A stretch of 32,000 nucleotides of DNA. It comes from an uncultured bacterium. GTDB lineage: Bacteria; Auribacterota; JACPWU01. Position 1 is the first letter of the stretch. Each line of letters opens with the position of its first letter. Below are positions 22,593 through 31,946 of this stretch, piece after piece. The stretch lies in assembly GCA_964640155.1 (NCBI GenBank), contig CAZXEQ010000002.1:469886-501885 (forward strand), given 5' to 3'. Made by a program: the position numbers and the translations under genes. Below the pieces are notes generated by a model, which saw only the letters and a list, made by a program, of their open reading frames with translations, did no database searches and had not been told where the DNA came from.

Positions 22593-23963
22593 TTACTCTT
22601 TGGTGTCTGTTTTTTGTTGGTAGGATAATTTATCCAAAAGTGTCTGGGCAAGAACTTCTCCCTGTCGTGCGTAGTCTATTGACTCAGCAAGAATTCTTGC
22701 TGCTTCCTGAGGAGCGTGGAATCCCATTGAATTTTCAGCATTGATAAAGTCGGATCTCCACTGAGCTTTGCGTTGAAGTTCATGAAGGGGAATCAGATCT
22801 TCTTCAGAGGCCCCTAATTTTTTTGCCTCAGCTACTTTATGGATGAACGTGACCAATGCCTCTTCAGCTCGATTAAGAAGTTTTTGGTTCCGATCCTGAA
22901 TAGTTTCGACTCTCTCTTGCATTTCTTTTTCTGTGAAGTGATGACACTGCAAACAGGCTTTCGACACATTCAAAAGAGGACTGCGAATATAGTGATCAGT
23001 TATTTTAGTAGCTCCCTCACGTGTATAAGGCATGTGGCAGTCTGCACAAGCAACCCCACTTTTTGCGTGAACCCCTTGACTCCATAATTCAAATTCAGGA
23101 TGTTGTGCTTTTAGAACTTCGGCTCCCGTGATTTCATGTTTCCAGTCAAAAAAACGGTGACCGTCTTTGAATTTATAATCATTATAATAAGATTCAATCT
23201 CTTCGACCTTTAAACCGTTATTCCATGGGTAGAAAAGTGTGGTTTTGGGTCCGCAATAATATTCAACATGGCATTGGGCACAAACATAAGTACGCATTTC
23301 CTGGCGTGAAGCCATGGTGTTCGGATTGTAATTTTTTTCTCCTTCCTTTTCTTTAAGGGCTTTTATGCCATTGAGAAATCCAGGTCTTGTCACGCGTAGT
23401 TCCATTGTTTTAGGATCATGACAATCGACACATGCTACGGGGTGATTGGAATAGGTCCAAGCATCTTTTAAAGGCATGGCACAAACTTTTTCAAAGCCTG
23501 CTTGGATATCTCCTTTACCTACTTCCTCATAAATAGATTTAAGTCCTCCCACATGACAGTGAAGACATGAACCTGGCTGTTTGAAGTTTTTTGTTCGTAG
23601 CGTTTCTTTTTGATCCAGTAAGGAATAGTAATGCCCTCGTCTGGGGTTGTAGTCGATGCTAAAAGGGTAACCAGCAAAAATGGTTTTTAGATGAGGATCC
23701 AGCTCCAGTTTTGAAATCCCTTCGCTTCCTCCATAACGTGTATGAGTAGTGATGGCTGTTTTTTTATACCCGTCATATTCTCTGGGGAAGTTTTGCCCCC
23801 AAATGGCCGGGTCTGTTGTTTCTTCAGTAAGTTCCACGACATTGACACGACGTGATTTTGCTTCTTCTTTACGCTCACGGATATTCAGTAAAAATGCCAC
23901 CAATGCACTGGTTAAGAGGGCTGTGAGCATCATGACAAAAATATAAGGGTAAATTTTTTTCAT
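22593..23963 (-). CDS. nrfA: Pentaheme cytochrome c nitrite reductase (ammonia-forming) NrfA, all-CxxCH variant
   Basis: AAGGAAAA RBS and a signal anchor. Five heme motifs: CLHCH, CVDCH, CAQCH, CADCH, CLQCH. NrfA-typical context (YPW..G, KAQHPE.E.W..G.H). Located directly downstream of nrfH. Confidence 0.85.
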   Translation of the reverse strand: MKKIYPYIFVMMLTALLTSALVAFLLNIRERKEEAKSRRVNVVELTEETTDPAIWGQNFPREYDGYKKTAITTHTRYGGSEGISKLELDPHLKTIFAGYPFSIDYNPRRGHYYSLLDQKETLRTKNFKQPGSCLHCHVGGLKSIYEEVGKGDIQAGFEKVCAMPLKDAWTYSNHPVACVDCHDPKTMELRVTRPGFLNGIKALKEKEGEKNYNPNTMASRQEMRTYVCAQCHVEYYCGPKTTLFYPWNNGLKVEEIESYYNDYKFKDGHRFFDWKHEITGAEVLKAQHPEFELWSQGVHAKSGVACADCHMPYTREGATKITDHYIRSPLLNVSKACLQCHHFTEKEMQERVETIQDRNQKLLNRAEEALVTFIHKVAEAKKLGASEEDLIPLHELQRKAQWRSDFINAENSMGFHAPQEAARILAESIDYARQGEVLAQTLLDKLSYQQKTDTKE

Positions 23964-24009
23964 AGAATTTTCCTTCTTCTTTAGATCCCATTCTTTGTAA
24001 ACCTTAAAA

Positions 24010-24516
24010 CTAGTCTAGACTCATATGCCCCGTTGAACGGTGACATTGTGTACATCGAGCTTGGCCTTCGCCTACATCCTTATGAGCGGCAATATCGCTT
24101 ATAACCGTTGAATGACACTCCATGCAATTGTGTTGTAAATCCACCAGATTCTTCTGCGTAATTCTAATAGGTTCTGGAAAATTTTGAAGGGTGAAAGCTT
24201 TAGAATGATTAAATCCATTTCTGCCCTTTGCAAAATATTTTTCGACCAGCCCGTGGGGGACATGGCAATCATTACATGTGGCAACTTGATGGTGACTAGA
24301 TTTAACCCATGAATCATAATATTCTTGCATGATATGACAGTTGGCGCAAGCCTTCGGATCATTACTGAGATAAGAATATCCTTTGGCGTAGATAAATGTA
24401 AAAATTCCTATTCCCATAATGGTTCCTACGCTTATAGTAACAAAGATAAAAAACCATTGATGAGCTGATAAATTACGAAAAAAATTTAAAACTCGATTTA
24501 AAGCATGAAAAGACAT
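24010..24516 (-). CDS. nrfH: Tetraheme NapC/NirT-family quinol dehydrogenase NrfH
   Basis: N-terminal TM helix and four CxxCH motifs (CANCH, CNDCH, CMECH, CTQCH). 168 aa, 46 nt upstream of nrfA. Confidence 0.85.
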   Translation of the reverse strand: MSFHALNRVLNFFRNLSAHQWFFIFVTISVGTIMGIGIFTFIYAKGYSYLSNDPKACANCHIMQEYYDSWVKSSHHQVATCNDCHVPHGLVEKYFAKGRNGFNHSKAFTLQNFPEPIRITQKNLVDLQHNCMECHSTVISDIAAHKDVGEGQARCTQCHRSTGHMSLD

Positions 24517-24721
24517 GCAATCTCTTCTCTAGAAAAAGCAGTTTGGGAAGCAGGACCTTTTTTATTCTATCGATATTTCTTTGAATCATTCTAAAAATCT
24601 TGTTCGCAGAGAAGGGTCTTATTGTATATTAAGCCATACAACGCCTCCCTGATATATTATACCTATCTTAGACTAACAGTTTTATGAAAATCGAATATGA
24701 TGTAAATCATAGGGAGATAAA

Positions 24722-25189
24722 ATGATGATCATTGACGCTGCCTCTGGAATTTTAAATTTGGATACAGACTTAACTGTGACTCCTCATTTGCGTTTAAAGG
24801 ATTTGCCGAAGGGTGTGGGGACTTTTCTTGAAGGGTCTTTAAATATTCCTCTCAGTTGGGATTTTTCAAATATGCGTTGGTCAGCTATTCTCACAGAGTT
24901 TAAGAGTTTTTTAGGAGCCAGGATTAAAAAAATTATTTTTTCTGCGAATCCTTATTCAAAACCTGTAACCATTGATACTGCAGATCGAGAAGAAGATATT
25001 GCACTGGCTTATCAACGCTTTCTCTGTTCTGAGTTAGGTTCTCCCCATCGTTGTGGAGCAGAAGTAAAAAAATATGAGGGAGAATCCATCTTAGTTCATC
25101 TGGAATACGAATATCCATGGGGTACTGTTTCGTGTGGTTGGGGTGTGAAAGAAATGCTTGCACATCCTATCACAATTGAATATTGCTAG
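24722..25189 (+). CDS. Hypothetical protein (155 aa, no family recognised)
   Basis: Clean ORF with GGGAGA upstream of the ATG. No signal peptide or motif that I can place. Confidence 0.4.
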   Translation: MMIIDAASGILNLDTDLTVTPHLRLKDLPKGVGTFLEGSLNIPLSWDFSNMRWSAILTEFKSFLGARIKKIIFSANPYSKPVTIDTADREEDIALAYQRFLCSELGSPHRCGAEVKKYEGESILVHLEYEYPWGTVSCGWGVKEMLAHPITIEYC

Positions 25190-25192
25190 TTA

Positions 25193-25387
25193 TTAAGATT
25201 CTTTTTCTGCATCTAGACGTACAACTGTTTGATTCCTTATTACTAATTTGATTAAAATAGGCTGACAACAGACTTCACAGTCGTATACAAAAGATTGTTG
25301 ATCCCCAGCGGTATAATCAATCATCATTTCAATAGAGCTGAAGCAATAAGGACATTGAACGCAGTAATAGTCGTCTAGATTTTTCAA
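25193..25387 (-). CDS. CPXCG-motif cysteine-rich small protein (zinc-ribbon-like)
   Basis: 64 aa with CVQCPYC ... CEVCCQPI (two Cys pairs ~30 aa apart), as in the CPXCG small-protein family. The start is a TTG and is uncertain. Confidence 0.5.
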   Translation of the reverse strand: MKNLDDYYCVQCPYCFSSIEMMIDYTAGDQQSFVYDCEVCCQPILIKLVIRNQTVVRLDAEKES

Positions 25388-25483
25388 AATATTTTCTCTC
25401 TTTTAAAAAAGATATTATCAGATTCATTTTTTATATATGCAGATTTTTTCGACAGATAAGCCAGTTCTGATATACTCCTGGCC

Positions 25484-26470
25484 ATGATTCAACTTAAATC
25501 CCTTACACTTAAAACCAATATTATTCAATCTCCTATGGCGGGATGCACCGATCTTGCGTTTCGGTTGATTGCCCGAGAGCATGGGATGGAATTTGCATTT
25601 TTAGAAATGGTGGCGGCCAAATCTCTTGTTTATGGAAATGCAAAGACTTTGGATTTGCTCAAAAGTACGCAAGAAGATAGTCCTTTAGGAGCTCAATTGA
25701 TGGGATGTGATCCAGGTGCCATGGGAGAAGCTGCTGCAATGATTGAGGATATGGGTTTTGATCTTCTGGATCTTAATCTAGGATGTCCCGCTCCCAAAGT
25801 GACAGGCTCTGGAGGAGGTTCTGCGCTTCTTGTGGAACCTGAAACAACAAAACAAATTTTTCAAGAAGTAGTCAAAAATATAAAACATATTCCTGTAACG
25901 GTTAAAATGAGAAAAGGTTTTGCAGATCCGTCAGGAGATGAAGCTGTAAAAATTGCAAAGATTGCAGAGGATTGCGGACTTTCAGCCGTGACAGTACATG
26001 GCAGGACCCGTGTTCAAGGTTATACGGGTAAAGCTGATTGGGAGGCCATTGGACGAGTGAAGCAAGCGGTTCGCATCCCTGTTTTTGGAAATGGGGATGT
26101 CATCTCAGGAGATCATGCAAAAAGACTTATTGAGGTGAGCGGTTGTGATGGAGTCATGATTGGACGTGGTGCGCTTGGGAATCCATGGATTTATAAATCT
26201 GTAGAGGCGGTTCTTTATGGAGAAAAGCAAAAGGAAACCCCGAGTTTTGAAGAACAAAAAAAAATCGCATTGAAACATTTAAAATTAGAAATTGAAATAG
26301 AAGGTGAAAAGCTTGCTTGTCTGAAGGCCCGCAGAATTATGTGTTGGTATTTTAAAGACTATCCCCGAACAGGAGCTTTTCGAGATCGCATTAATCGATC
26401 GGGTTCTTACGCAGAAATAAAGCAAATCGTAGAAGATTTTGTTCCTGATTCAATCACAAAAATAATATGA
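25484..26470 (+). CDS. dusB: tRNA-dihydrouridine synthase
   Basis: SPMAGCTDLAFR, DLNLGCPAPKV, TVHGRTR, and GNGD ... MIGRGALGNPWI motifs of Dus-family flavoenzymes. Confidence 0.9.
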   Translation: MIQLKSLTLKTNIIQSPMAGCTDLAFRLIAREHGMEFAFLEMVAAKSLVYGNAKTLDLLKSTQEDSPLGAQLMGCDPGAMGEAAAMIEDMGFDLLDLNLGCPAPKVTGSGGGSALLVEPETTKQIFQEVVKNIKHIPVTVKMRKGFADPSGDEAVKIAKIAEDCGLSAVTVHGRTRVQGYTGKADWEAIGRVKQAVRIPVFGNGDVISGDHAKRLIEVSGCDGVMIGRGALGNPWIYKSVEAVLYGEKQKETPSFEEQKKIALKHLKLEIEIEGEKLACLKARRIMCWYFKDYPRTGAFRDRINRSGSYAEIKQIVEDFVPDSITKII

Positions 26471-26515
26471 TTAAGATGATGTGTAAGAGATATTAAAAAA
26501 AGGAAATAAGAGACT

Positions 26516-27556
26516 GTGTTAGAAGATCAAAATAATAATGAAAGTCACAAGAAAGAGCTTAATGAGTGGAAAGGGATTGTAGGGGAATATTTAAAACCCC
26601 ATTTGGCCAGAGCTTGGTGGCAAATTATTAATACCCTTTTTCTCTATGCCCTGGTTTGGTATTTTTTATACCTTGGCTTCAAATTTTCTTGGTGGGTTAT
26701 TCCTCCTTTGATTATTTTGGCCGGAGGGTTATTGGTAAGAATATTTATTATCTTCCATGATTGTGGTCACGGCTCTTTTTTCAAGAGCCGATGGGCCAAT
26801 GATATTTTGGGATTTATATGCGGTATATTGCTATTTACTCCTTATTATCATTGGAGATGGGAACATGCCCTTCATCATTCTACCTCGGGCGATCTTGATC
26901 GCAGAGGTATGGGTGATATATGGACGCTCACAGTTCAGGAATATCTTGAAGCAACGCGATGGAAGCGTTTTGCCTATCGGATGGCACGAAACCCAATCGT
27001 TCTTTTTGTTATTGCCCCATTTTATCTTTTTCTTATTAAACAAAGGTTTCCTTCTAAGGAAGCAACTCGATGGGAACGTCAATCCGTATGGTGGATGAAT
27101 ATTGCCATTGCGATCATGGTTGTTGTTTTATGTAAAATTTATGGATGGGGGCCCTATCTTATCATCCAACTGGCAGTTATCCCAATTGCGGGGTCCACAG
27201 GAATTTGGCTTTTTTATGTGCAGCATCAGTTTGAAGATGTTTATTGGGAAAGAAGAGAGAATTGGGAATATATTACTGCCGCGTTAAAAGGGAGTTCTTT
27301 TTACAAACTACCGAAAATATTACAATGGTTTTCTGGGAATATTGGATTTCATCATATTCATCATCTAAGTCCACGTATTCCTAATTATAATCTTGAGCGA
27401 TGTCATCAATCAGATCCTATATTTCAAAATGTGAAGCCTGTCACATTACTTTCCAGCTTGAAATCTTTATCCTTTCGTCTTTGGGATGAGTCTACAAAAA
27501 AACTAATCAGTTTTCGCCACTTGCGCAAACATCATAAAAAACACAAAGCGAATTAA
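26516..27556 (+). CDS. Membrane fatty-acid desaturase (three His boxes)
   Basis: HDCGH, HWRWEHALHH (HxxHH) and HHIHH boxes with intervening TM segments. GTG start, with AGGAAA upstream. Confidence 0.8.
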   Translation: MLEDQNNNESHKKELNEWKGIVGEYLKPHLARAWWQIINTLFLYALVWYFLYLGFKFSWWVIPPLIILAGGLLVRIFIIFHDCGHGSFFKSRWANDILGFICGILLFTPYYHWRWEHALHHSTSGDLDRRGMGDIWTLTVQEYLEATRWKRFAYRMARNPIVLFVIAPFYLFLIKQRFPSKEATRWERQSVWWMNIAIAIMVVVLCKIYGWGPYLIIQLAVIPIAGSTGIWLFYVQHQFEDVYWERRENWEYITAALKGSSFYKLPKILQWFSGNIGFHHIHHLSPRIPNYNLERCHQSDPIFQNVKPVTLLSSLKSLSFRLWDESTKKLISFRHLRKHHKKHKAN

Positions 27557-27585
27557 TCTTTTTTGCTTTTATTTCAACTTTAAAG

Positions 27586-27634
27586 ATGAATCATCAAATA
27601 TGATCTATATCATATAGCAATTTTGATGATTCAT
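27586..27634. repeat. Nested perfect inverted repeat in the desaturase/porin intergenic region
   Basis: ATGAATCATCAAA (27586-27598) pairs perfectly with TTTGATGATTCAT (27622-27634). Inside it, TATGAT (27599-27604) pairs with ATCATA (27609-27614). Confidence 0.6.
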
Positions 27635-27709
27635 TTAGACTTCTCTCATCATATGGATGGGATTGCTTTATTTAAGTAAAATGATGTTTACAAAAAAGGG
27701 GAGGAAAAT

Positions 27710-29212
27710 ATGCGCCAGGCCATAGCAATTCTTGCAATACTATTCTTTAATTTTTCTGGGTTAGGTTATTCAGATGAAAGAGATCAAAAAATACAGTCCC
27801 TAGAAGAGCAAATTGTACAAATGAAATCTATGTTAAATAATTTACAGGACGAAGTTGCTGAGCTTAAAGTAGCTAAAGCTTCAACTTCTGAGATAAATGA
27901 GACAGAAGCAGAAACCGCAGATGTAAAGGAAGGAGCATTCTTAAAGTTGGGCGTTCCTTTTGATGAAGAGAAGAATTATGTAAATACTCCTATGTATCGA
28001 TGGTCTGAAATGGATGTCTTGATTGCCCAAAGAAAAGGGATGAGATTATTTATGGGTCTGGACACGGTAGGACGTTATCAGGTTTTAGATCATGAGGATG
28101 TTTATATCACTCCAGCTGCAACTGAAACGAATCCAAGCCCTAGTCCGGTTAAGCAAAGCAGTGTTGATCCAGGGTTTCAGACGCCTTGGGGGAATATGAG
28201 CTTCTTGGCTGACTATGATGGAAAAATCGCGGCTTATTTTGATTTGTATTTGGCCAGCGGTCCTCATCCCAGCCAAGTTTATGGCCATGAGGGATATATC
28301 GTTATACGTGAATTGCCCAGCGGTTTTGCAGGTTCTCAATTTCTAGATCCTATTTTTAATGTGATCAATGTCAGGGCGGGTGCTTTTGATATTGATTTTG
28401 GTGATCAGCAATATCGGCGCTCCAATAATGCAAGTGTTCAGAGGAATCCGTTGATTGGTAACTATGTTGTGGATCCTTCGAGCGAAGAAATTGGCGTTGA
28501 AATCTTTAGTGAGCCGGGAAGATTTTTCTGGTTAGCGGGTATTACCAGTGGAACGACTACAGGAGATTTCAAAGATGGAAGAGGTCTAGGTGCTGTGCAT
28601 GCAAAGGTAGGCATGAATGTGTTTGATGGCTTAAGGCCGTCCGTTTCGGTTTATCATGTCGATCACTCAGATAATCCACCTAAACCTCAAGGAACAGGTT
28701 CCTCATTTTTTGCTGGTAACAGAAGTGGCAGCCCTTACAGCGCTGTTTTGGATGGAAGTGCAGCGGCGGGCGATGCTTTGCTGGGTAAAGGACAGGATGT
28801 AACTGCTGTACAGGGAGATATCACATGGCTGTGGAACAAACTGGAAGTCTACGGTCATTTTGGATGGTTTCAGGATGAAGATGTCAATGGATCCAGACCC
28901 AGAGAGCTCACCGAGCGCTGGAATTACTATGCAGCGGAAGCTGTTTTCCATGTTACTGAACGAGCTTATATTGCAGCTCGTTATAGTGGAGCTTCAGCGA
29001 TCAAGTTGAATGATATATCTTCGGATGGGATCATCCATCGTATTCAGGTGGGCGGTGGATTTTGGATTATGGATGATTTGCTTGCCAAACTGGAATATGT
29101 GAATCAATGGTATGATGATTTTACCTTAAGCGAAGGTGCGGTGAGTGGGATTGAACCTTCGTTTGATCCAAGTTTTGACGGTGTTGTCAGTGAAATATCT
29201 TATTCATTCTAA
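27710..29212 (+). CDS. Putative outer-membrane beta-barrel (porin-like) with an N-terminal coiled coil
   Basis: GGGGAGG RBS, signal peptide, and a heptad-like stretch (IQSLEEQIVQMKSMLNNLQDEVAELK). A long region of alternating beta-strand character ends in ...VSEISYSF (the C-terminal aromatic residue typical of OMPs). Confidence 0.55.
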   Translation: MRQAIAILAILFFNFSGLGYSDERDQKIQSLEEQIVQMKSMLNNLQDEVAELKVAKASTSEINETEAETADVKEGAFLKLGVPFDEEKNYVNTPMYRWSEMDVLIAQRKGMRLFMGLDTVGRYQVLDHEDVYITPAATETNPSPSPVKQSSVDPGFQTPWGNMSFLADYDGKIAAYFDLYLASGPHPSQVYGHEGYIVIRELPSGFAGSQFLDPIFNVINVRAGAFDIDFGDQQYRRSNNASVQRNPLIGNYVVDPSSEEIGVEIFSEPGRFFWLAGITSGTTTGDFKDGRGLGAVHAKVGMNVFDGLRPSVSVYHVDHSDNPPKPQGTGSSFFAGNRSGSPYSAVLDGSAAAGDALLGKGQDVTAVQGDITWLWNKLEVYGHFGWFQDEDVNGSRPRELTERWNYYAAEAVFHVTERAYIAARYSGASAIKLNDISSDGIIHRIQVGGGFWIMDDLLAKLEYVNQWYDDFTLSEGAVSGIEPSFDPSFDGVVSEISYSF

Positions 29213-29247
29213 ATTCACTTTAACCGTCCAAATAAGGAGATTATGAT

Positions 29248-29883
29248 ATGAACATACTTGATTCGAAGAAAAAAATATTAACGCTTCTCTTGTTCCTCTC
29301 CCCCATGCTTATGACAGGAGATGCGACTCGGATTAAGTATGTTCCCGATACAGATAGCTTTGTGATCGTGAAGGGGACTTCTTCCCTTCACGATTGGAGT
29401 GTACGAACAAATCAAATTGAAGGATTTGCTGAATTTAAAGAGCTTGTAACAGGACTATCCTTGGAGAAGGTTTTGTCACTTTCTTTAGATTTTGAAAAGC
29501 CTGTGGTCCATATTTCAATCTCTGCTACTTCACTGAAAAGTGAAAAAAAGGGTATGGATCAAAATATGTACAAAGCTCTCAAATCCAGACAATATCCTTT
29601 TATCACATATGACTTGAGTGCTCTTAAAGTAGCAAAGATGAAAGACCCGTCTCATATTCTTGTCACAACAACGGGATCACTCAACATCACAGGCATTTCC
29701 CGTCCCTTGGAAATGTCTGTGATGGTATCTACAGATACACAAAATGAGATTGTCTTTACAGGAAATACTCGTCTGAAGATGACAGATTTCCAAATTAAAC
29801 CGCCAAAGGCTATGATGGGAATGATCAAAACAGGGGATGAAGTCGAAGTTCAATTTAAATGGACCATTCATCCCTCTTCTTAG
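29248..29883 (+). CDS. YceI-like periplasmic (lipid/polyisoprenoid-binding fold) protein, paralog 1
   Basis: AAGGAG RBS and signal peptide. VKGTSSLHDWSVRTNQIEG resembles the YceI N-terminal strand motif, and the C-terminal F.IKPP......IK.GDEV.V.F is typical of YceI-like proteins. Confidence 0.55.
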   Translation: MNILDSKKKILTLLLFLSPMLMTGDATRIKYVPDTDSFVIVKGTSSLHDWSVRTNQIEGFAEFKELVTGLSLEKVLSLSLDFEKPVVHISISATSLKSEKKGMDQNMYKALKSRQYPFITYDLSALKVAKMKDPSHILVTTTGSLNITGISRPLEMSVMVSTDTQNEIVFTGNTRLKMTDFQIKPPKAMMGMIKTGDEVEVQFKWTIHPSS

Positions 29884-29950
29884 AAGCTGTAATTAGAATT
29901 GATATTCTTAGGGCAAGCTTTCTGAAAGAGTAGCAGGAGAATAGTTTTCT

Positions 29951-30640
29951 ATGAGCTTTCAAAATGCTTTGAAAGTTTTTGTGTTTGCCTGCACGTTTTT
30001 TGCAATAGGGCATCAGACAGTCTTATCTGATGAAGAAACATTTTTTAAAATATCAAATGAAAGCAGAGTATACCTTAAGGGGAAAGCAACCCTGAACAAT
30101 TGGGCATGTGAAGCATCTGTCATGATGGGTTTATTAGAAGTTAATATCTCTCCAGATGAGTTACTTCCATTATTGTCTTATATTGAACAACCCCCAGCGT
30201 CTGATCCCAATGATTTACTTCTTCACCATGCTTCAAAGAAAAGTTCTTTTGTTTCTGCCTATCTTGAAATTCCGATTCGATCTCTAGAGTGTGGAGACAG
30301 ATTCATGGAAAAAGATTTGAGAAAAGCTCTAAAAGAAAAATATTATCCTTCGATTCGATATCAATATCTTTCTCTCAAACATGTTACACGCGCTGTAAAG
30401 TCTCGTGGTTTATGTTTGGAAATAGAGGGGATATTTGAAATGTCAGGTGTTCAGAAAGTCATCATCATGGATTTTATTTTATCAAAAGTTGGAAGCTCTC
30501 ATTTGCGTTTGCGTGGGGACCACATGTTCCTTATGACAGACTTCAGCGTCACCCCTCCTACAGCATTTTTTGGATTGCTTCGGGCTTATGACGAGGTTAA
30601 TGTATTTTTTGACATCACTTTTGATATTCAAGAGCAATGA
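29951..30640 (+). CDS. YceI-like protein, paralog 2 (divergent)
   Basis: Same layout as 29248-29883: signal peptide, LKGKATLNNWACEAS, and a C-terminal TDFSVTPP...GLLRAYDEVNVFFDI. AGGAGA RBS. Confidence 0.45.
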   Translation: MSFQNALKVFVFACTFFAIGHQTVLSDEETFFKISNESRVYLKGKATLNNWACEASVMMGLLEVNISPDELLPLLSYIEQPPASDPNDLLLHHASKKSSFVSAYLEIPIRSLECGDRFMEKDLRKALKEKYYPSIRYQYLSLKHVTRAVKSRGLCLEIEGIFEMSGVQKVIIMDFILSKVGSSHLRLRGDHMFLMTDFSVTPPTAFFGLLRAYDEVNVFFDITFDIQEQ

Positions 30641-30857
30641 TCTTTGAATAGAGAGCTCATCTTTAGATGGATGCAGAGAGCATTACTCTATTATGTTTTA
30701 TAATTCCTTAAATGTACTCCTGAAAATAAATTGTAACAACTGGTGCTTACAACGTGCAATTTATGCAGGTTCTTGATAAAATCAAAAAGTTTTCAGCCGG
30801 GGATTCCATTGGTGCATAGCATAAACCGCAGCCGTTATTATTAGGACATTAGAGGAA

Positions 30858-31832
30858 ATGAAGCGATTATTAGAATGGGCTGTTGTGGGTGCTGGGCCTG
30901 CAGGCATTGGGAGTGTGGGTAAGCTTTTAGATGCAGGGGTAGAACCTTCTCAAATCATTTGGCTTGATCCTCAATTCAAGGTAGGCGATTTTGGAACAGC
31001 ATGGCGCTATGTCAATAGTAATACTTCCGTCGAATTTTTTTTAAAGTTTTACCAGCATTGTGAATCCTTTCGTTATCTTGATTGCGATCATGCTTCCTTC
31101 ATGATTGAAAAAATGCCACTTCAGTCAAACTGTCCATTGATGATTGCTGCAGAACCATTGCATTGGATGACAAAATCTTTGCGCAGCATTGTAAATACAT
31201 TTCAAGATGAGGTAAGGTGTTTAACCCCTGGTAAAGATTTTTGGCAATTAAAACTAGCTTCGGGGAAAATACTTCATGCAAAAAAAATTATTTTAGCCAT
31301 TGGTTCAGATGCCAAAGAATTGGATTTTTCAAATATCCCCTCCATTTCGCTTAAAACTGCATTAAACCCTTCCCTTTTAAAAAGTGTGATTCAACCCGAT
31401 GATTCTGTTTTTATTTTTGGTTCTGCACAATCAGCAAAAAGTGTTATAGAAAATTTATTAAAGATCAAAACAAAAAAGACGGTGCTTTTTTATCGTTCAG
31501 AAAATTCCTTAGAACGAAACTTTCGTGAAATAGATCGTAGTTCCATTGAATGTTTAGCGATGACGCCACAAAATTTACTTTCGCAAATACCTGATTGTAC
31601 GAAAGCAATTTACGCCATTGGTTTTGAACGACGTCATATTCCCATTATGGGATTGCCCCGTAATTATCATTATGATGAAAAGACTGGAGAAATTGCACCG
31701 GGTGTGTTTGGCATTGGTATTGCATTTCCTGAGATTTTACCTTATGAACTTGGGCAAAGAGAATATCGCGTGAGTGCTATTTGGCCGTTTATGAAGCGGC
31801 TGAAAAAATTGTTACCACAATGGCTGTCTTAA
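30858..31832 (+). CDS. FAD/NAD(P)-binding oxidoreductase (subfamily not recognised)
   Basis: N-terminal WAVVGAGPAGIG Rossmann motif. A second nucleotide-binding-like segment (VFIFGSAQSA) and a C-terminal GVFGIG.AFP. AGAGGA RBS. Confidence 0.55.
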   Translation: MKRLLEWAVVGAGPAGIGSVGKLLDAGVEPSQIIWLDPQFKVGDFGTAWRYVNSNTSVEFFLKFYQHCESFRYLDCDHASFMIEKMPLQSNCPLMIAAEPLHWMTKSLRSIVNTFQDEVRCLTPGKDFWQLKLASGKILHAKKIILAIGSDAKELDFSNIPSISLKTALNPSLLKSVIQPDDSVFIFGSAQSAKSVIENLLKIKTKKTVLFYRSENSLERNFREIDRSSIECLAMTPQNLLSQIPDCTKAIYAIGFERRHIPIMGLPRNYHYDEKTGEIAPGVFGIGIAFPEILPYELGQREYRVSAIWPFMKRLKKLLPQWLS

Positions 31833-31902
31833 AAGTTATTAGATGATCTTCTTTTAAAATTCCTTCACCGGAGGCGATCGCTGGAATAAATAAGGATTTT
31901 GG

Positions 31903-31931
31903 GTAAAAAGAAAACGCCGTCAAAGACGGCG
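31903..31931 (-). terminator. Intrinsic terminator downstream of tRNA-Asn (minus strand)
   Basis: CGCCGTC-AAA-GACGGCG hairpin (31915-31931), followed on the minus strand by TTTTCTTTTT (31914-31905). Confidence 0.7.
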
Positions 31932-31946
31932 CTTCGTTAAAAATCG

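Noticed and set aside
24550-24570. A third occurrence of the right-end motif of the 4161-4555 element: GCAGGACCTTTTTTATTCTAT here versus GCAGGACCCTTTTTCTAT at 4544-4561. It lies upstream of nrfH.
   Set aside because: It is short. No convincing complementary arm or conserved module sequence is nearby; AGAAGGGTCT at ~24613-24622 pairs only weakly. I cannot distinguish it from chance or from an unrelated regulatory site without genome-wide counts.
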